Positions 39,642-51,343 of a stretch of 64,000 nucleotides of DNA are shown piece by piece. The notes under the pieces are model-generated. The model made no database searches. It was not told where the DNA came from and saw only the letters and a list, made by a program, of their open reading frames with translations. The position numbers and the translations under genes were made by a program. Position 1 is the first letter of the stretch, and the number at the start of each line of letters is the position of its first letter. Source of the stretch: Candidatus Melainabacteria bacterium (lineage in GTDB: Bacteria > Cyanobacteriota > Vampirovibrionia > Gastranaerophilales > Gastranaerophilaceae); NCBI GenBank assembly GCA_022009935.1, contig CP091731.1, positions 1,222,212 to 1,286,211 of the forward strand. The letters are read 5' to 3'.

Positions 39642-40445
39642 TTATTTATTACTTGAAACAAAAAAGTGTTTTAATTTGCTTAAAAAACCTTTTTCTTCCA
39701 AATCTAAAAATGGCACATCTTCACCTAAAATTCTTCTTGCCACATTGTTATAAGCAATGCCTGCTTTGGCTTTGGCTTCGTTGACAATAGGCTCACCCTT
39801 GTTTGTTGAAGTAATAATGCCTGTATCTTCGGGAATTATACCGATAATTCCGCAAGATAATATTTCAGAAACATCTTCAACGCTCATCATTTCTTTTGTT
39901 TTTATCATATTTGGGCGAACTCTGTTAATAAGAAGTTTATAAGATTTTATTTCTTCTTTTGCTTCCAAAAGTCCAATAATGCGGTCAGCATCACGCACCG
40001 CACTCATTTCAGGAGTAGTGACTACAATCGCTTCGCTTGCACCTGCCACTGCATTTTGAAACCCTTGTTCAATACCTGCAGGGCAATCTACCAACACAAA
40101 ATCAAACTCTTCTTGAAGTTTTTCGCATATTTCTTTTAACTGGTCTTCACTAACTGAAGTTTTATCACGTGTTTGAGCTGCAGCCAATAAACACAAATTA
40201 GGACATTTTTTATCCTTCACAAGTGCTTGTTTTAATTTACATCTTTCTTCCACTACATCTACAAGTGTATAAACTATGCGGTTTTCAAGCCCCAAAAGTA
40301 AGTCCAAATTACGCAAACCGATATCTGTATCAATAAGTGCAACCTTTGCTCCTGTTTTTGCAAGAGCTGTTCCTATATTAGCACTGCTTGTTGTCTTTCC
40401 AACACCGCCTTTTCCTGATGTTATTACTATTACTCGTCCTGACAT
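39642..40445 (-). CDS. minD: septum site-determining ATPase MinD
   Basis: Intact 267 aa. VITSGKGGVGKTTSSANIG deviant Walker A motif. C-terminal amphipathic helix. Confidence 0.95.
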   Translation of the reverse strand: MSGRVIVITSGKGGVGKTTSSANIGTALAKTGAKVALIDTDIGLRNLDLLLGLENRIVYTLVDVVEERCKLKQALVKDKKCPNLCLLAAAQTRDKTSVSEDQLKEICEKLQEEFDFVLVDCPAGIEQGFQNAVAGASEAIVVTTPEMSAVRDADRIIGLLEAKEEIKSYKLLINRVRPNMIKTKEMMSVEDVSEILSCGIIGIIPEDTGIITSTNKGEPIVNEAKAKAGIAYNNVARRILGEDVPFLDLEEKGFLSKLKHFFVSSNK

Positions 40446-40665
40446 TTATTATTATTCCTTCTTTTTTATTTGTATTTGTTCCCTATTTGTTTTGTGTTAA
40501 ACCGGAGTTATTATTTTATCCTAAAATTTTTTGTTTCACCATAAAAGTATATGCAAGAGTGCAAAGGCACCATTTTAACTCTTTAGAGTTGTTAATTTAT
40601 TGATTTTAACTTCAATTTTTTCATTTTTTACCTTCTTTTAGTTATTGTCAACTAAGGAGAAAAAT

Positions 40666-41550
40666 CTAACTCATCTCGACAACTCGAATTTCATCGTCAA
40701 TAATCATCGCTTCTTCAACACATACTATATTGCGTTTTTCTTTTAGGTCTATATTTACACCATCCGGTTTTCTTGTGTATAAATTAGCTATACGAATTTG
40801 TATGGGATTTAGATTTAAAGCTCGAATGCGTGCTTTTTTATTGCCATTTTTACCGGCATGACAAACACCCAAAAGTTTTCCCCAAACAGTAATGTCACCA
40901 CTTGCTTGCACTTCGCTTCCTGCGTGGCAATCACCCAAAACAAACACATTGCCGTCAAAACTTAAAGATTGTCCGGACCTTAAGGTTTGTTTGACATACT
41001 TTGTTTGCATGTTTAATATTTCCATGTCATCTTTTGTTACGATTTGACGACCAAATGGTTGTTCATTGTCTGAAGTGTCGTTTAATATTTCTTCAAGTTT
41101 TTTTATTGCTGAAGCTTCCAATGCTTCTTCATTATACTCATCAGGTATTGGTGATTGCGATAATTCTTCTGACTTACTCTTATCAACTATAATACCTATA
41201 TTATCAATAGCTTCTTTTGTCTTTATGGATAATGTGTTTATTTTGTTTAATATACAATCATTAGTTTCGATAATTAATTTTATACTTTCAAGTTGATTTA
41301 CATTTAAATCAATATTTGACAAAATCAAATTAATTCTCTTAAACTTATTTTCATTTAGTTCAAGTTTTGAACAAATATGAGCAATTATTGAATTAGCGGA
41401 ATTGACGTCACTTAAGTCGATATCAAGTTCGTCATTGCTGATATTTAATTCTAAATTGTTAGAAGTATTTATTTCATTATTTAACATATCCCGCATATTC
41501 CCCAAAAATTTATCAAAGTTACTTATTTTAGAATATATTAAAAAGTTCAT
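40666..41550 (-). CDS. minC: septum site-determining protein MinC
   Basis: Intact 294 aa. C-terminal beta-helix domain LRSGQSLSFDGNVFVLGDCHAGSEVQASGDITVWGKLLGVCHAG...IRIANLY. Confidence 0.8.
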   Translation of the reverse strand: MNFLIYSKISNFDKFLGNMRDMLNNEINTSNNLELNISNDELDIDLSDVNSANSIIAHICSKLELNENKFKRINLILSNIDLNVNQLESIKLIIETNDCILNKINTLSIKTKEAIDNIGIIVDKSKSEELSQSPIPDEYNEEALEASAIKKLEEILNDTSDNEQPFGRQIVTKDDMEILNMQTKYVKQTLRSGQSLSFDGNVFVLGDCHAGSEVQASGDITVWGKLLGVCHAGKNGNKKARIRALNLNPIQIRIANLYTRKPDGVNIDLKEKRNIVCVEEAMIIDDEIRVVEMS

Positions 41551-41574
41551 TTTACAATAATAGATTAAATAATA

Positions 41575-41896
41575 TTAAGCTTTTTTTATTTTTAAAATTT
41601 TATCATCAACTTCAAGTTCGGCTTTGTCTGTTTCGGGATTAATATCAATTAACTCCAAAATAGTTTGTGACATAAATAAAGAATAACCGCCACCTCTTCT
41701 TGTAAATTTTTTTATTAAAGCATTTTTTATATTTTTCACTATCATCTATGGATTGTATACGGGTTACGTGTAAAACTTTGTTTTTTATTTCAAATAAAAC
41801 TTTTGTGTCAACAGGGTTTATATTTAAAAGTTTTAATATAGGTTTTGGAATATGAATTTCCCAACCGTTGCCGTTTGATGTTAATGACTTTTTCAT
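41575..41896 (-). CDS. AbrB/SpoVT-family DNA-binding protein (two looped-hinge segments), one frame change
   Basis: MKKSLTSNGNGWEIHIPKPILKLLNINPVDTKVLFEIKNKVLHV..., then GGGYSLFMSQTILELIDINPETDKAELEVDDKILKIKKA*. Confidence 0.45.
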
Positions 41897-42186
41897 AAGG
41901 TATACCAATTCTAATAAATCTATTCAGTTATATATTAAATTGACTAGTTGATAATAAATATAGGATATTATATGCACATTAATGGTATTATTTTTGTTGA
42001 CAAAATATTGTTTATTATTATAAAATATAATTATAGTTAATTATTCCGTTAATTAGAGGGGATTTTAATTATTTCATACTTTGTTTATTTTAAGTATGTA
42101 TTTATCAGTACTTAAAATAAACATTTTTTTTAATTGATATCGACGTTTTGTTGTCTTTTGCAATATTTATGATAAAATTAATTCAT

Positions 42187-43178
42187 ATGAATTTTTATTT
42201 GGAACAAATACAAAGATTTGATGAGTCAATAAAATCAGCAAATGATATAGCTATATTTACCCATATATCACCTGATGGTGATGCATTGGGTTCCTCTCTT
42301 GCTATTTTCAAAGTTATACAAGAACATTATAAAAAAAAATGTAACTATATTTATTTCAGATAAAATTCCAAAAGTTTATGAATTTTTACCCTGTTTAGAC
42401 TGTTATAAACGTACGGATGACCCACACTATGAAAACAAGATTTTTGATTTGGCAATAGCGACTGATGTTGCAACTTGTGAACGTATGGGTAAAGGGGTTT
42501 GTTTTATACAAAAAAAGTAAAGTCAAAATAAATATCGACCATCATAAATCAAACAATAATTATGGGGATATAAATATAGTAAATCCTCATTCATCATCGG
42601 CTTCAGAGGTTGTTTTAGATATTCTAAATGACTTAAAAATAGAATTAACAAAAGAAATTGCGACTTTTATTTATGTTGGAATATTGACTGATACAGGTGG
42701 TTTTCGCTATGATAACACATCGCAAAAAGTTCTTGAAAAAGCTGCAAAACTTTTAAATTATGGCGTAAGTCATAGTGAATTGTGTCAAAAATGTTTTATG
42801 ACAAAAGAAAAGAAAGCACTTTTGTTGACAGCCAATGCTATTTTAAATGCAAAGTTTTTGTTGTCTGACAAAATAGCTTATACTCCAATAACCTTGAATG
42901 ATATGAAAAAGTATAATGCTAAAAATGAACACACAGACAGAATTGTTGAAACATTAAGACAGATTGAAACTTGTGAGGTTGCATTGTTATTTAAAGAAAA
43001 TTTAAACCAAACAACTAAAGTTTCTTTGCGAAGTAAAACGTTTGATGTTTCAAATTTTGCTGCTAAATTTGGTGGTGGTGGGCATAAATTTGCTGCCGGA
43101 CTTACTATACAAAAACCTCTTAATATAGCTATGGATTTGGTTTTGGGCGAACTTAGTAAAGCAATGAAAAATGATTAA
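42187..43178 (+). CDS. DHH/DHHA1 phosphoesterase (NrnA-like), frame changes
   Basis: IAIFTHISPDGDALGSSLA, NIDHHKSNNNYG (DHH), GILTDTGGFRY, GGGGHKFAAG (DHHA1). Confidence 0.75.
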
Positions 43179-44013
43179 GAAATACTCAAAAAATATTATA
43201 ACTCGTATTATTGATGACGATTTTCCGGGAATGGCTGCTGAAATGGCTTTTATGTTTGTTTTGGGGATTTTTCCTTTTCTTCTTGTTTTGATGTCATTTT
43301 TTGGTTGGATGGGAAAAAAAAGCATTTATCAACAAGATTTTCATTTTCTTGGATATTATTGCTCCACCTCAAATTTCAAACCTTATTAATTCCGTTATGA
43401 ATGAAATTATGATTTTTTCTCAAGGAAAGCTTGTTGCTATTTTTGGCTTTTGTATCACTTTGTTTCTGGCTTCAAATGCTATTTTTGTGATAATAAAAGG
43501 TCTAAACCGTGCCTATGGCATTATTGAAACAAGAAACCTGCTTGTCACAAGACTTTTATCTGTTTTAATTGTTTTTGCAAACGGGCTTGTTTTGTTTTTA
43601 AGTATTAATTTAATAATTTTTGGTAAGATAATCCTTGAAATGATTTTAAGTTTTATCCATTTGCCTTTAAACGTAGTCAACATGATACTTATTTTTAGAT
43701 GGCCTGTTTCGTTTTTGGCTTTGTTTGTTGTTGCGTATATGAATTACTATTTTTACCTGATATAAAAGAAATGACAAAAGCGCGTCAGGTAAGTTCTTTG
43801 TTTGGAACGTTATTCTTTTGCACTTTTTGGTTGCTTGGTTCTTGGCTTTTTTCTTTGTATGTTGGCAATTTGAATACATATAACTGGGTTTATGGTACAA
43901 TCGGTGCTTTTGCTATGCTTATGGTTTGGTTATATTATACTTCGCTTCTTATTTTAATTGGAGGTGAAATAAATTCACAAATTTTAGATAAACTTACCGA
44001 ACGAAATGAGTGA
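43171..44013 (+). CDS. YihY/BrkB-family membrane protein, frame changes
   Basis: FPGMAAEMAFMFVLGIFPFLLVLMSFFG...LNRAYGI...YYTSLLILIGGEINSQI are typical YihY features. Confidence 0.65.
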
Positions 44014-44025
44014 GAAAGGTTTTTT

Positions 44026-44496
44026 ATGGGACAAATATTAACTAAAAATGTTTTAATTGAGGTAATTAACGATTTAAAAGAAAATAATGTTAAAATAGCT
44101 GCTACAAATGGTTGTTTTGACATTTTGCATGTTGGACATGTTAAATATTTGAAAGAGGCTAAAAAATGTGGCGATGTTTTGGTTGTTGGTTTGAATTCAG
44201 ATGTATCGGTTAAGATGTTAAAAGGCGAAACAAGACCTATAAATCCTCAAAGCGATAGAGCTCAAGTTTTGGCGGCTTTAAATTGCGTTGATTATGTAGT
44301 AATCTTTGACGAAATTTCACCGATTGAACTTCTAAAAAGTATTAAACCTGATGTTTATGTTAAAGGTGCCGATTATACTCTTGAAACTTTGCCGGAAGCC
44401 AAACCGCTTTTGACTTTGGGAATTGATATTAAATTTGTTGATTTGGTTTTGGGTAAATCAACTTCAAATATTATTAAAAAATCACAAAATAATTAA
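44026..44496 (+). CDS. D-glycero-beta-D-manno-heptose 1-phosphate adenylyltransferase (RfaE domain II-like cytidylyltransferase)
   Basis: Intact 156 aa. ATNGCFDILHVGHVKYLKEAKKCGDVLVVGLNSDVSVKMLKGETRPINPQSDRAQVLAALNCVDYVVIFDE. Confidence 0.8.
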   Translation: MGQILTKNVLIEVINDLKENNVKIAATNGCFDILHVGHVKYLKEAKKCGDVLVVGLNSDVSVKMLKGETRPINPQSDRAQVLAALNCVDYVVIFDEISPIELLKSIKPDVYVKGADYTLETLPEAKPLLTLGIDIKFVDLVLGKSTSNIIKKSQNN

Positions 44497-44574
44497 TTTA
44501 CTGCGTAAATTTATATTTTTAACGATTGTTCTTTAGGGAACTTATTTTGTTGTGCAATATTGTATTATTTTAAT

Positions 44575-44851
44575 ATGCAAACAATAAGTCAAAATGATGT
44601 AAAAAAGGTCTTAAAAATTTTTGGTGAAATAATTCGTGAAGAGAGGCTTTTTGCAAAAAAAGTCTCTTCAAACACTTGCCTATGAATATGATCTATATAA
44701 ATCTTTTTTAAGCAGGATAGAAAATGGTAAAAGAGAGCCTAAACTAATTTCTATTTTGACGGTTTGTGAGGCTTTGTGCATTGAACCCGAGTACGTATTT
44801 AAAAAGCTAAAGGAAAAATTGCCCAATGGCTTTTCTTTTATTGATTTATAA
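44575..44851 (+). CDS. XRE-family HTH regulator (one frame change)
   Basis: MQTISQNDVKKVLKIFGEIIREER.., then KKSLQTLAYEYDLYKSFLSRIENGKREPKLISILTVCEALCIEPEYVF. Confidence 0.6.
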
Positions 44852-44889
44852 TTTATATCCTAATCTGAAAAATACAACAGATACTTACA

Positions 44890-44918
44890 CTGATATATAA
44901 ATATATCAGTTTTTTTTT
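44890..44918 (+). terminator. intrinsic terminator
   Basis: CTGATATAT-AA-ATATATCAG stem followed by T9. Confidence 0.6.
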
Positions 44919-44954
44919 CTTTATATTTTAATATTTTATGGTAAAATTTAAAGT

Positions 44955-45616
44955 ATGAATAGTCAAAAAATAAAAAATTTAATAGGTTTAAATGTAATAA
45001 AAAAGTTAGTAGCAATACTATTTAAGATATCTTCACACACAATTGACTTTAGACCTGTGAATGCACCACATTTAGACAATTATATTATTGCTCTGTGGCA
45101 TGCACATCAGTGTTGCCTATATGCAGTTCCAAATCGTGAGAAGGTTAATGTAATGATATCAAACTCGCGAGATGGTGATATAATAGCCCACGCGACCCAA
45201 ACAATGGGGCTTAAAGTAATACGTGGTTCAAAAAGTCAAAAAGCTATCCAAGCTACCATGGGGATGATAGAGTGTCTTCAAAATGGTGAAATAGGGGCTA
45301 TTACGGTTGATGGCCAAGAGGCCAAAAGGCATTGTGCATAAGGGGATAATTTCAATAGCCAAAACAACAAACGTTCCTATTGTCCCTTGTTGCTTATTAT
45401 TCTCCGCAAAAAAACTTTCTTAAATTCAATACTTGGGATGAGTTCAGATTCCCTTTGGGATTTTGCAAACCTGTTGTAAAATTTGGTGAACCTATTTATG
45501 TTGATAAAGATATTACAAATGAAGGCATAAAAGAACTTCAAAATGTCATTGCACAAGCTATTCAAAATTTATACGACGACATTAAAGCAAATTATGATGA
45601 ATATTCAAAAATGTAA
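44955..45616 (+). CDS. DUF374-family (lysophospholipid acyltransferase-like) protein, frame change(s)
   Basis: IIALWHAHQCCLY...MISNSRDGDIIAHATQTMGLKVIRGSKSQKAIQA...ITVDG, then NTWDEFRFPLGFCKPVVKFGEPIYV. Confidence 0.6.
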
Positions 45617-45715
45617 GTAATTAATACTTATGTTTTTTTAAAACATATTTATAAAACCACTTACTATATTTTGTTAAATACATGTTATTATTAACTTTTT
45701 AAGGTTAAATATTGA

Positions 45716-46117
45716 TTAGTTGTTATCAAATTTAGCAAATTCTTTTGAATTTTCAAGCCAGACTTCACGTTCTATTTTTAAAGCATGGTTCCAAAATTTT
45801 TCAAGAGCATACAACTCACGTTCTTCATTATGGAGAATATGGACAATGACATCACCATAATCAAGAAGATTCCATCTGTTTTTTTTGTCGGATTCATCTT
45901 TTGAAACGTTAACATTCAAATTTTTTTTGATATTTTCACGAACATAGTTTGTTAATGCTCGCACTTGATTTTGATTATCTGCTGATGCTATTACGAAATA
46001 ATCGCCCAAAACCGAAATATTTGAAATATCTAAAATTACAATATCTTTGGCTAAGTTATCATCCAAAACACGAGCAACTACCGAAGCAAGTTTTAATGAT
46101 GTTATGTTTCTTTCCAC
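45716..46117 (-). CDS. rsfS: ribosomal silencing factor RsfS
   Basis: Intact 133 aa. LAKDIVILDISNISVLGDYFVIASADNQNQVRAL...WNLLDYGDVIVHILHNEERELYALEKFW. Confidence 0.85.
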   Translation of the reverse strand: MERNITSLKLASVVARVLDDNLAKDIVILDISNISVLGDYFVIASADNQNQVRALTNYVRENIKKNLNVNVSKDESDKKNRWNLLDYGDVIVHILHNEERELYALEKFWNHALKIEREVWLENSKEFAKFDNN

Positions 46118-46546
46118 TTAATTTTCTCCTCAAAATAAAATATATAAACTATTTTACATTAAAAATCAATTTTATTAAAGTTATTGGGGATTTTTGTATT
46201 GTAAAATACGCATTTTCTTTCATTATATATGTTGATACTAGTTTTTATAGTCAAATTTCTTCTTATTATTATAGTTTTTTTTTTGCAATTATGAAAAAAA
46301 ATTGTATTTATTTCCTGATTGTTAACATTTTCTCCGTAAACACACAGTAAACCTGCATTTTGTGCTATTTTTACTGCTTTTCTAATTATGCCAATTGATT
46401 TTTTTTATTTTTCCTTTTTTATATGTAAAAAAGGAATTAAAGGCACATCTTGACTAATATTTTTAACAATCCGTTCATCTTTTTATATTTCATGTTATTA
46501 TATTATAATTTAACTTATAAAAAAAATAAAAAAGGAATTATTTTTT

Positions 46547-46897
46547 ATGACAACATTTGAATTTTCTTTCACAATTTCATCAAAAGGATTTGGGGAAGTT
46601 ATTGATATAACTGACAAAATTGAGTCGTATCTTTTAAGCCGAACTTCTAATAATGGTATAATATATATTTATAACAACTCAAATGATGTTGCAATAAAAA
46701 ACATTGAAATAAAAAAATTTAAACAAAAAATGACAGATGAAAACTTTCAAAAACTTCTTCTGTCCGGTAATAACAACATGCTTATTTTACCTATAATTGA
46801 CAAAAAATTGTACATAGATGAAATGGCAAGAATTTTATTTGTTGATTTTGAAAAAAGTGCTAATATAAGAAAAATTATTGTTATGTGTGTGTCATAA
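46547..46897 (+). CDS. hypothetical protein, weakly YjbQ/UPF0047-like
   Basis: Intact 116 aa. FEFSFTISSKGFGEVIDITDKI...LILPIIDKKLYIDEMARILFVDFEKSANIRKIIV loosely follows the YjbQ pattern but lacks its conserved His motifs. Confidence 0.35.
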   Translation: MTTFEFSFTISSKGFGEVIDITDKIESYLLSRTSNNGIIYIYNNSNDVAIKNIEIKKFKQKMTDENFQKLLLSGNNNMLILPIIDKKLYIDEMARILFVDFEKSANIRKIIVMCVS

Positions 46898-46992
46898 TAT
46901 TTCAAATTTTTATACTAATATTATAATGCCATATTGACAACATTTTTTATTTTTACTATCCTATATTCGTAGAAGTATAGGAAAAATAAAAA

Positions 46993-48468
46993 ATGAATAG
47001 AACATTAACACCTTTAAAATCAAATACAACACCTAAAATTTATGCAAAAATGAATGCAGTTACACAACCTTATTTACCGTGGAATTTAAGCTATGCAATG
47101 CCACAAGATTCTTTTACCAGAACAAATCAAACTCCAACTCAAAAACTAGAAGAGGAATATTATCAAAATTCGGAGATAATTAATGAAACTTCCTCCTTCA
47201 AGTTTAGTAAAAAGTTTAGATGAACTTGAAACAGCTAGAATATTAAAACTTAGTAACACTAAAATAACATCTTTGCCTAATTTAAAAAATGTTAGAGAAT
47301 TATGGGCACCAAGAACATTGAAATATTTAAATAATCTTCAAACGGCTAAAATTATAAATATTTATAACACCAAAATTACATCCTTGCCTAGTCTAACTGA
47401 AGTTAAAAGAGAGTTTTTTGGCCAAGAACTTTAAAACAAATGGATAAGCTTGAAACTGCCGGTTTTTTTACATATTAATCAAACTCAAATTGAATCTTTA
47501 CCTAGCTTGAGGGAAGTTAACGGGCTGTGGGCACCATGGACATTAGGTGAGGATATTTTAAAAGTAGGTTGTCCTAAGTTGACTAACGTTAAGTCAATAT
47601 TAATTTTAAATAAGTCTAGTTTAGCATGTAAAGATTTTCCAAGTTTAATTCAAATTGGTGATGATGATAAATTATTTCAATTTCAAGGAAATCAATATAT
47701 AAAAACAATGGGTAATTTATTGAAAATAATAAATAAAAATCGCCAAGAAAAAGATTTGCTCCCATTAGAAGCTCAGCATATAAAAAAGAGATCAATATAT
47801 AATTATTTATCCTGAAGAAAATCCAAAATATAATAAAAGAACAGATATGTTATCAGAAAGACCAAATATTTCAAATATACAAAAATCGAACTATTATCCT
47901 CAAATGAATTCAAGATTAAACGATTATAGTTTTGATAAACAAAACCCAACATATAATGAAAAGAACAGATATGTTATCAGAAAGACCAAATATTTCAAAT
48001 ATACAAAAATCGAACTATTATCCTCAAATGAATTCAAGATTAAACGATTATAGTTTTGATAAACAAAACCCAACATATAATGAAAGAACAGATATGTTAT
48101 CAGAAAGACCAAATATTTCAAATATACAAAAATCAAACTATTATCCTCAAATGAATTCAATATTAAACGATTATAGTTTTGATAAACAAAACCCAACATA
48201 TAATAAAAGAACAGATATGTTGTCAAACAGACCAAATCTTTTAAATATGCAAGAACTAGATTATAATTTAGAAATAAATCCAAGATTAAACGATTATAGT
48301 TTTGATACAATAAACCCAACATATAATAAAAGAACAGATATGTTGTCAGAAAGACCAAATCTTTTAAATATGCAAGAACTAGATTATAATTTAGAAATAA
48401 ATAATCCTTTTAGTAGAACGTTTGAATATAACAATCAAAATAAAAAAAATATTAATTATTTTGGATAA
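46993..48468 (+). CDS. repeat protein: LRR-like TKI(T/E)SLP(S/N)L segments plus five 41-aa tandem repeats; several frame changes
   Basis: Track fragments 46993-47223, 47183-47434, 47450-47815 and 47932-48468 abut each other. The motif T(K/Q)I(T/E)SLPSL.EV..LWAP.TL recurs three times. Confidence 0.35.
47820..48440 (+). repeat. 5 x 123-nt coding tandem repeat
   Basis: AGAACAGATATGTT recurs every 123 nt. The unit encodes NPTYN(K/E)RTDMLSERPNISNIQKSNYYPQMNSRLNDYSFDKQ. Confidence 0.9.
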
Positions 48469-48623
48469 AATAATTAATATCATAACTTTTAAAAAGTAAA
48501 ATTAAATTTATTTTATGCCCCTATTGATTATAGTTATAAGTAAAGATAGATGTTGCTTGAAATAAAAGCAAAAATAAAGTATAATCACTATATTCAGGAA
48601 AATGGGGGTATAAAATAAAAAAA

Positions 48624-49649
48624 GTGTCAAGTGAACGTTTTTCAATAAAAAATATACTATTGGTTTTGCTGGTTATAATAATAGCGTATTTAATGTATAA
48701 AATAGTTGATATAATGTTAATACTATTTGCATCGTATGTTCTTGCTTGTTCTTTTTAATCCGATAGTTGATAAACTTGAGAAGAAAATGCCAAGAAACGT
48801 TGCAACAGGGCTTGTTTTGACAATAGCAGTAATAATAATGCTACTCATTTTAACACCTGCATTGATTATAGCAATAAAAGAAATGTATGGATTTTTGATG
48901 GATTTGCCTGACACATTAAAACAGGTGAGCCACTTTGTTGAAACCTCAAAAATTGGTGCAATAAGTTTAAAATCGTTCATTGATGTTGATGCTTTAATAA
49001 ACAATGTTTCTGCAACAAGTAAAAAATATGCTTGGTGGTTTTAAGGATTTTACAGCAGCACTTTCTCAATGGATTACGGTTATAATTGCCGTTGCTTTAA
49101 CTACATATTATTGGGTTAGTGAAAAAAGTTTATGTAAAAAAACGGTTTTTGATGTTTTTTCCAAATGAAAATAAAGGTAAAGCAGATAAAATAACTCACA
49201 ATTTGTCAACACAAATTGGTGGATATATAATAGCACAACTTTCTGTCATGTTTGCGGCAGGATTGTTTACATCTATTGGTTTGTTGCTTATTGGAGTAAA
49301 AAGCTGGTTTGTGCTTGGGCTTATGACTGCAATATTTGATATAATCCCTATAATAGGTCCTATAATAGCAGGTGTCATAGCTTTGCTTATGAATTTTCAA
49401 AGCGGACCAATAACTGCAGTTTTGATAGTTGTTGTGTTTTTTGCTGCACAATGGTTGCAAAACGCTTGGGCCAGACCAATTGTCTACAGCAAATTCTTGG
49501 ATATAAATCCCGTAATCATCGTTATGGCATTATTAATTGCTGCAAAGTTTTTAGGCTTTTGGGGCGTGATATTGGCTCCTGCCATGGCGGCTGTCGTTTG
49601 CACCTTGATTGATGAATTATACATTAAACCTATTAATGAGCGAGTATAA
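48624..49649 (+). CDS. AI-2E family transporter (PerM/UPF0118), frame changes
   Basis: LILFASYVLACSFNPIVDKLEKKMPRNVATGLV...; C-terminal part FDIIPIIGPIIAGVIALLM...FLDINPVIIVMALLIAAKFLGFWGVILAPAMAAVV. The GTG start at 48624 is tentative. Confidence 0.65.
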
Positions 49650-49675
49650 GACACATTTTGTGAAGTGGAGAAAAT

Positions 49676-51250
49676 ATGGATTGTGATAATTTAACAACAT
49701 CACCAAATAATAAAGAAAAAAAGAAATATTTCTATATAATAAAAAAATAAAAAACAACACAAATTATAATATTTGGCTTGCGTTTCCTCAAATATACAGT
49801 TTTGGAATGTCATCGCTTGGGTTTGTGTCAATTTTTCAATCCATTGATGAAACGTTTGATGATGTTTATATAGAACGAGTTTTTACAGACAGTAAAACAA
49901 ATCTAAAAAATATTAATGAAATAGACTTAATTGCTTTTTCGGTGTCATTTGAGCTTGATTTTCTGTGTATTTTTAAAATAATGGAAAAATATAAACTTCC
50001 GTTTAAAGCCTCTGAGCGGGATGAAAACTCTCCACTTATTTTTGCAGGCGGCTTTGTTGTAAGTGCCAATCCTTGTGCTTTTGAAAAGTTTTTTTGACTT
50101 TATGCTTATTGGCGATGGGGAAGATATGAACGTCAAAATTGTTGAGTTTTTAAAAGAAAACAAAGATTTAACTAAAAAGAAGCTTTGCAAAACTTTCAAC
50201 ATTTGAAGGTGTTTATGTGCCAAATGTGTCAGAAAAAGTTAATAAAGTGACTTCAAAACTTGATAAGTGCGTTTATAGCGGCATACTAAGTGAAGGTAGT
50301 TTTTTTGCCAATACTTTTATTATCGAGTTAATTCGTGGTTGTGGCAATCGTTGCGGATTTTGCCTTGCTTCTTATTTAAATTTGCCTGTACGTTATATAG
50401 ATTATAATCAGATTGTTGAAACTATTGATTTAGGCTTAAAATATACAAATAAAATAGCATTTTTTGGGAGCTTTGATTGCAGCACATCCAAAATTTAATG
50501 AAATATGTGATTATATTTATCAAAAATCAAACGAAATTGAGAATTTGGAATTGTCTGTTTCGTCGTTAAAGCTTGACAGTTTGAACCCTAAAATAGTCCA
50601 AACACTTGTCAAACTTGGTCAAAAAACACGTTACAGTCGCTATTGAAGCAGGGTCAAACAGGTTAAGAAGAGTTATTAACAAAAATTTAAATGAAGATGA
50701 AATATTAAATGGTGTTAAAATAGCAATTGAAAATGGCTTAAAAGGCATGAAATTCTATACTATGATTGGACTGCCGACTGAAACTTGGGATGATATTTAT
50801 GAACTTGTTAATCTTGCAAAGAAAATAAAAATCTTGACAAAACTTTTGATGTCACCTTTAGTTTTTTCAACTTTTGTGCCAAAAGCCCACACACCTTTTG
50901 AGTTTTGCCAAAGGGAAGAAACCAAATCGTTGGAGAAAAAATACGAATATATAAAGCGAGAATTTCATAAACTCGGGGTGAAAGCAAGGTGTTCAAGTGT
51001 TAAATGGGATGATGTGCAAACGCTTATTTCAAAAGCCGACAACTCTTTTGATGACTATTTTATACAAGTTTATAAAAAAGGTGGAAATTTAGGTGCTTTT
51101 AAATCCTGTTTTAAAGAGTGTCTTGAAGAAAAAACAGGCAAATCCTTTAATGACTTTATTACTTCTAATCCAAATTATGATGATGTTTTGCCGTGGGATT
51201 TTGTTAAAATAAATCATCCGGTTAAGGATGAAAAAAATGTTTTTGGTTAA
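49676..51250 (+). CDS. radical SAM protein with B12-binding-like N-terminal domain, frame changes
   Basis: IELIRGCGNRCGFCLASY (CxxxCxxC), VAIEAGSNRLRRVINK, FYTMIGLPTETWDD. Confidence 0.7.
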
Positions 51251-51343
51251 GGAATGTAAACGACTTTTATCTATCAATTGAAGTGGTATAATTTTTTTAT
51301 ATAATCAGAAATAACAAATATTTAAAAAAGAAGAGGTTAAGTT

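Noticed and set aside
46118-46546. A possible degraded gene upstream of rsfS (fragments such as KSIGIIRKAVKIAQNAGLLCVYGENVNNQE on the minus strand)
   Set aside because: No continuous frame could be rebuilt and no family was recognised. It may be a badly damaged gene, but I cannot call it.
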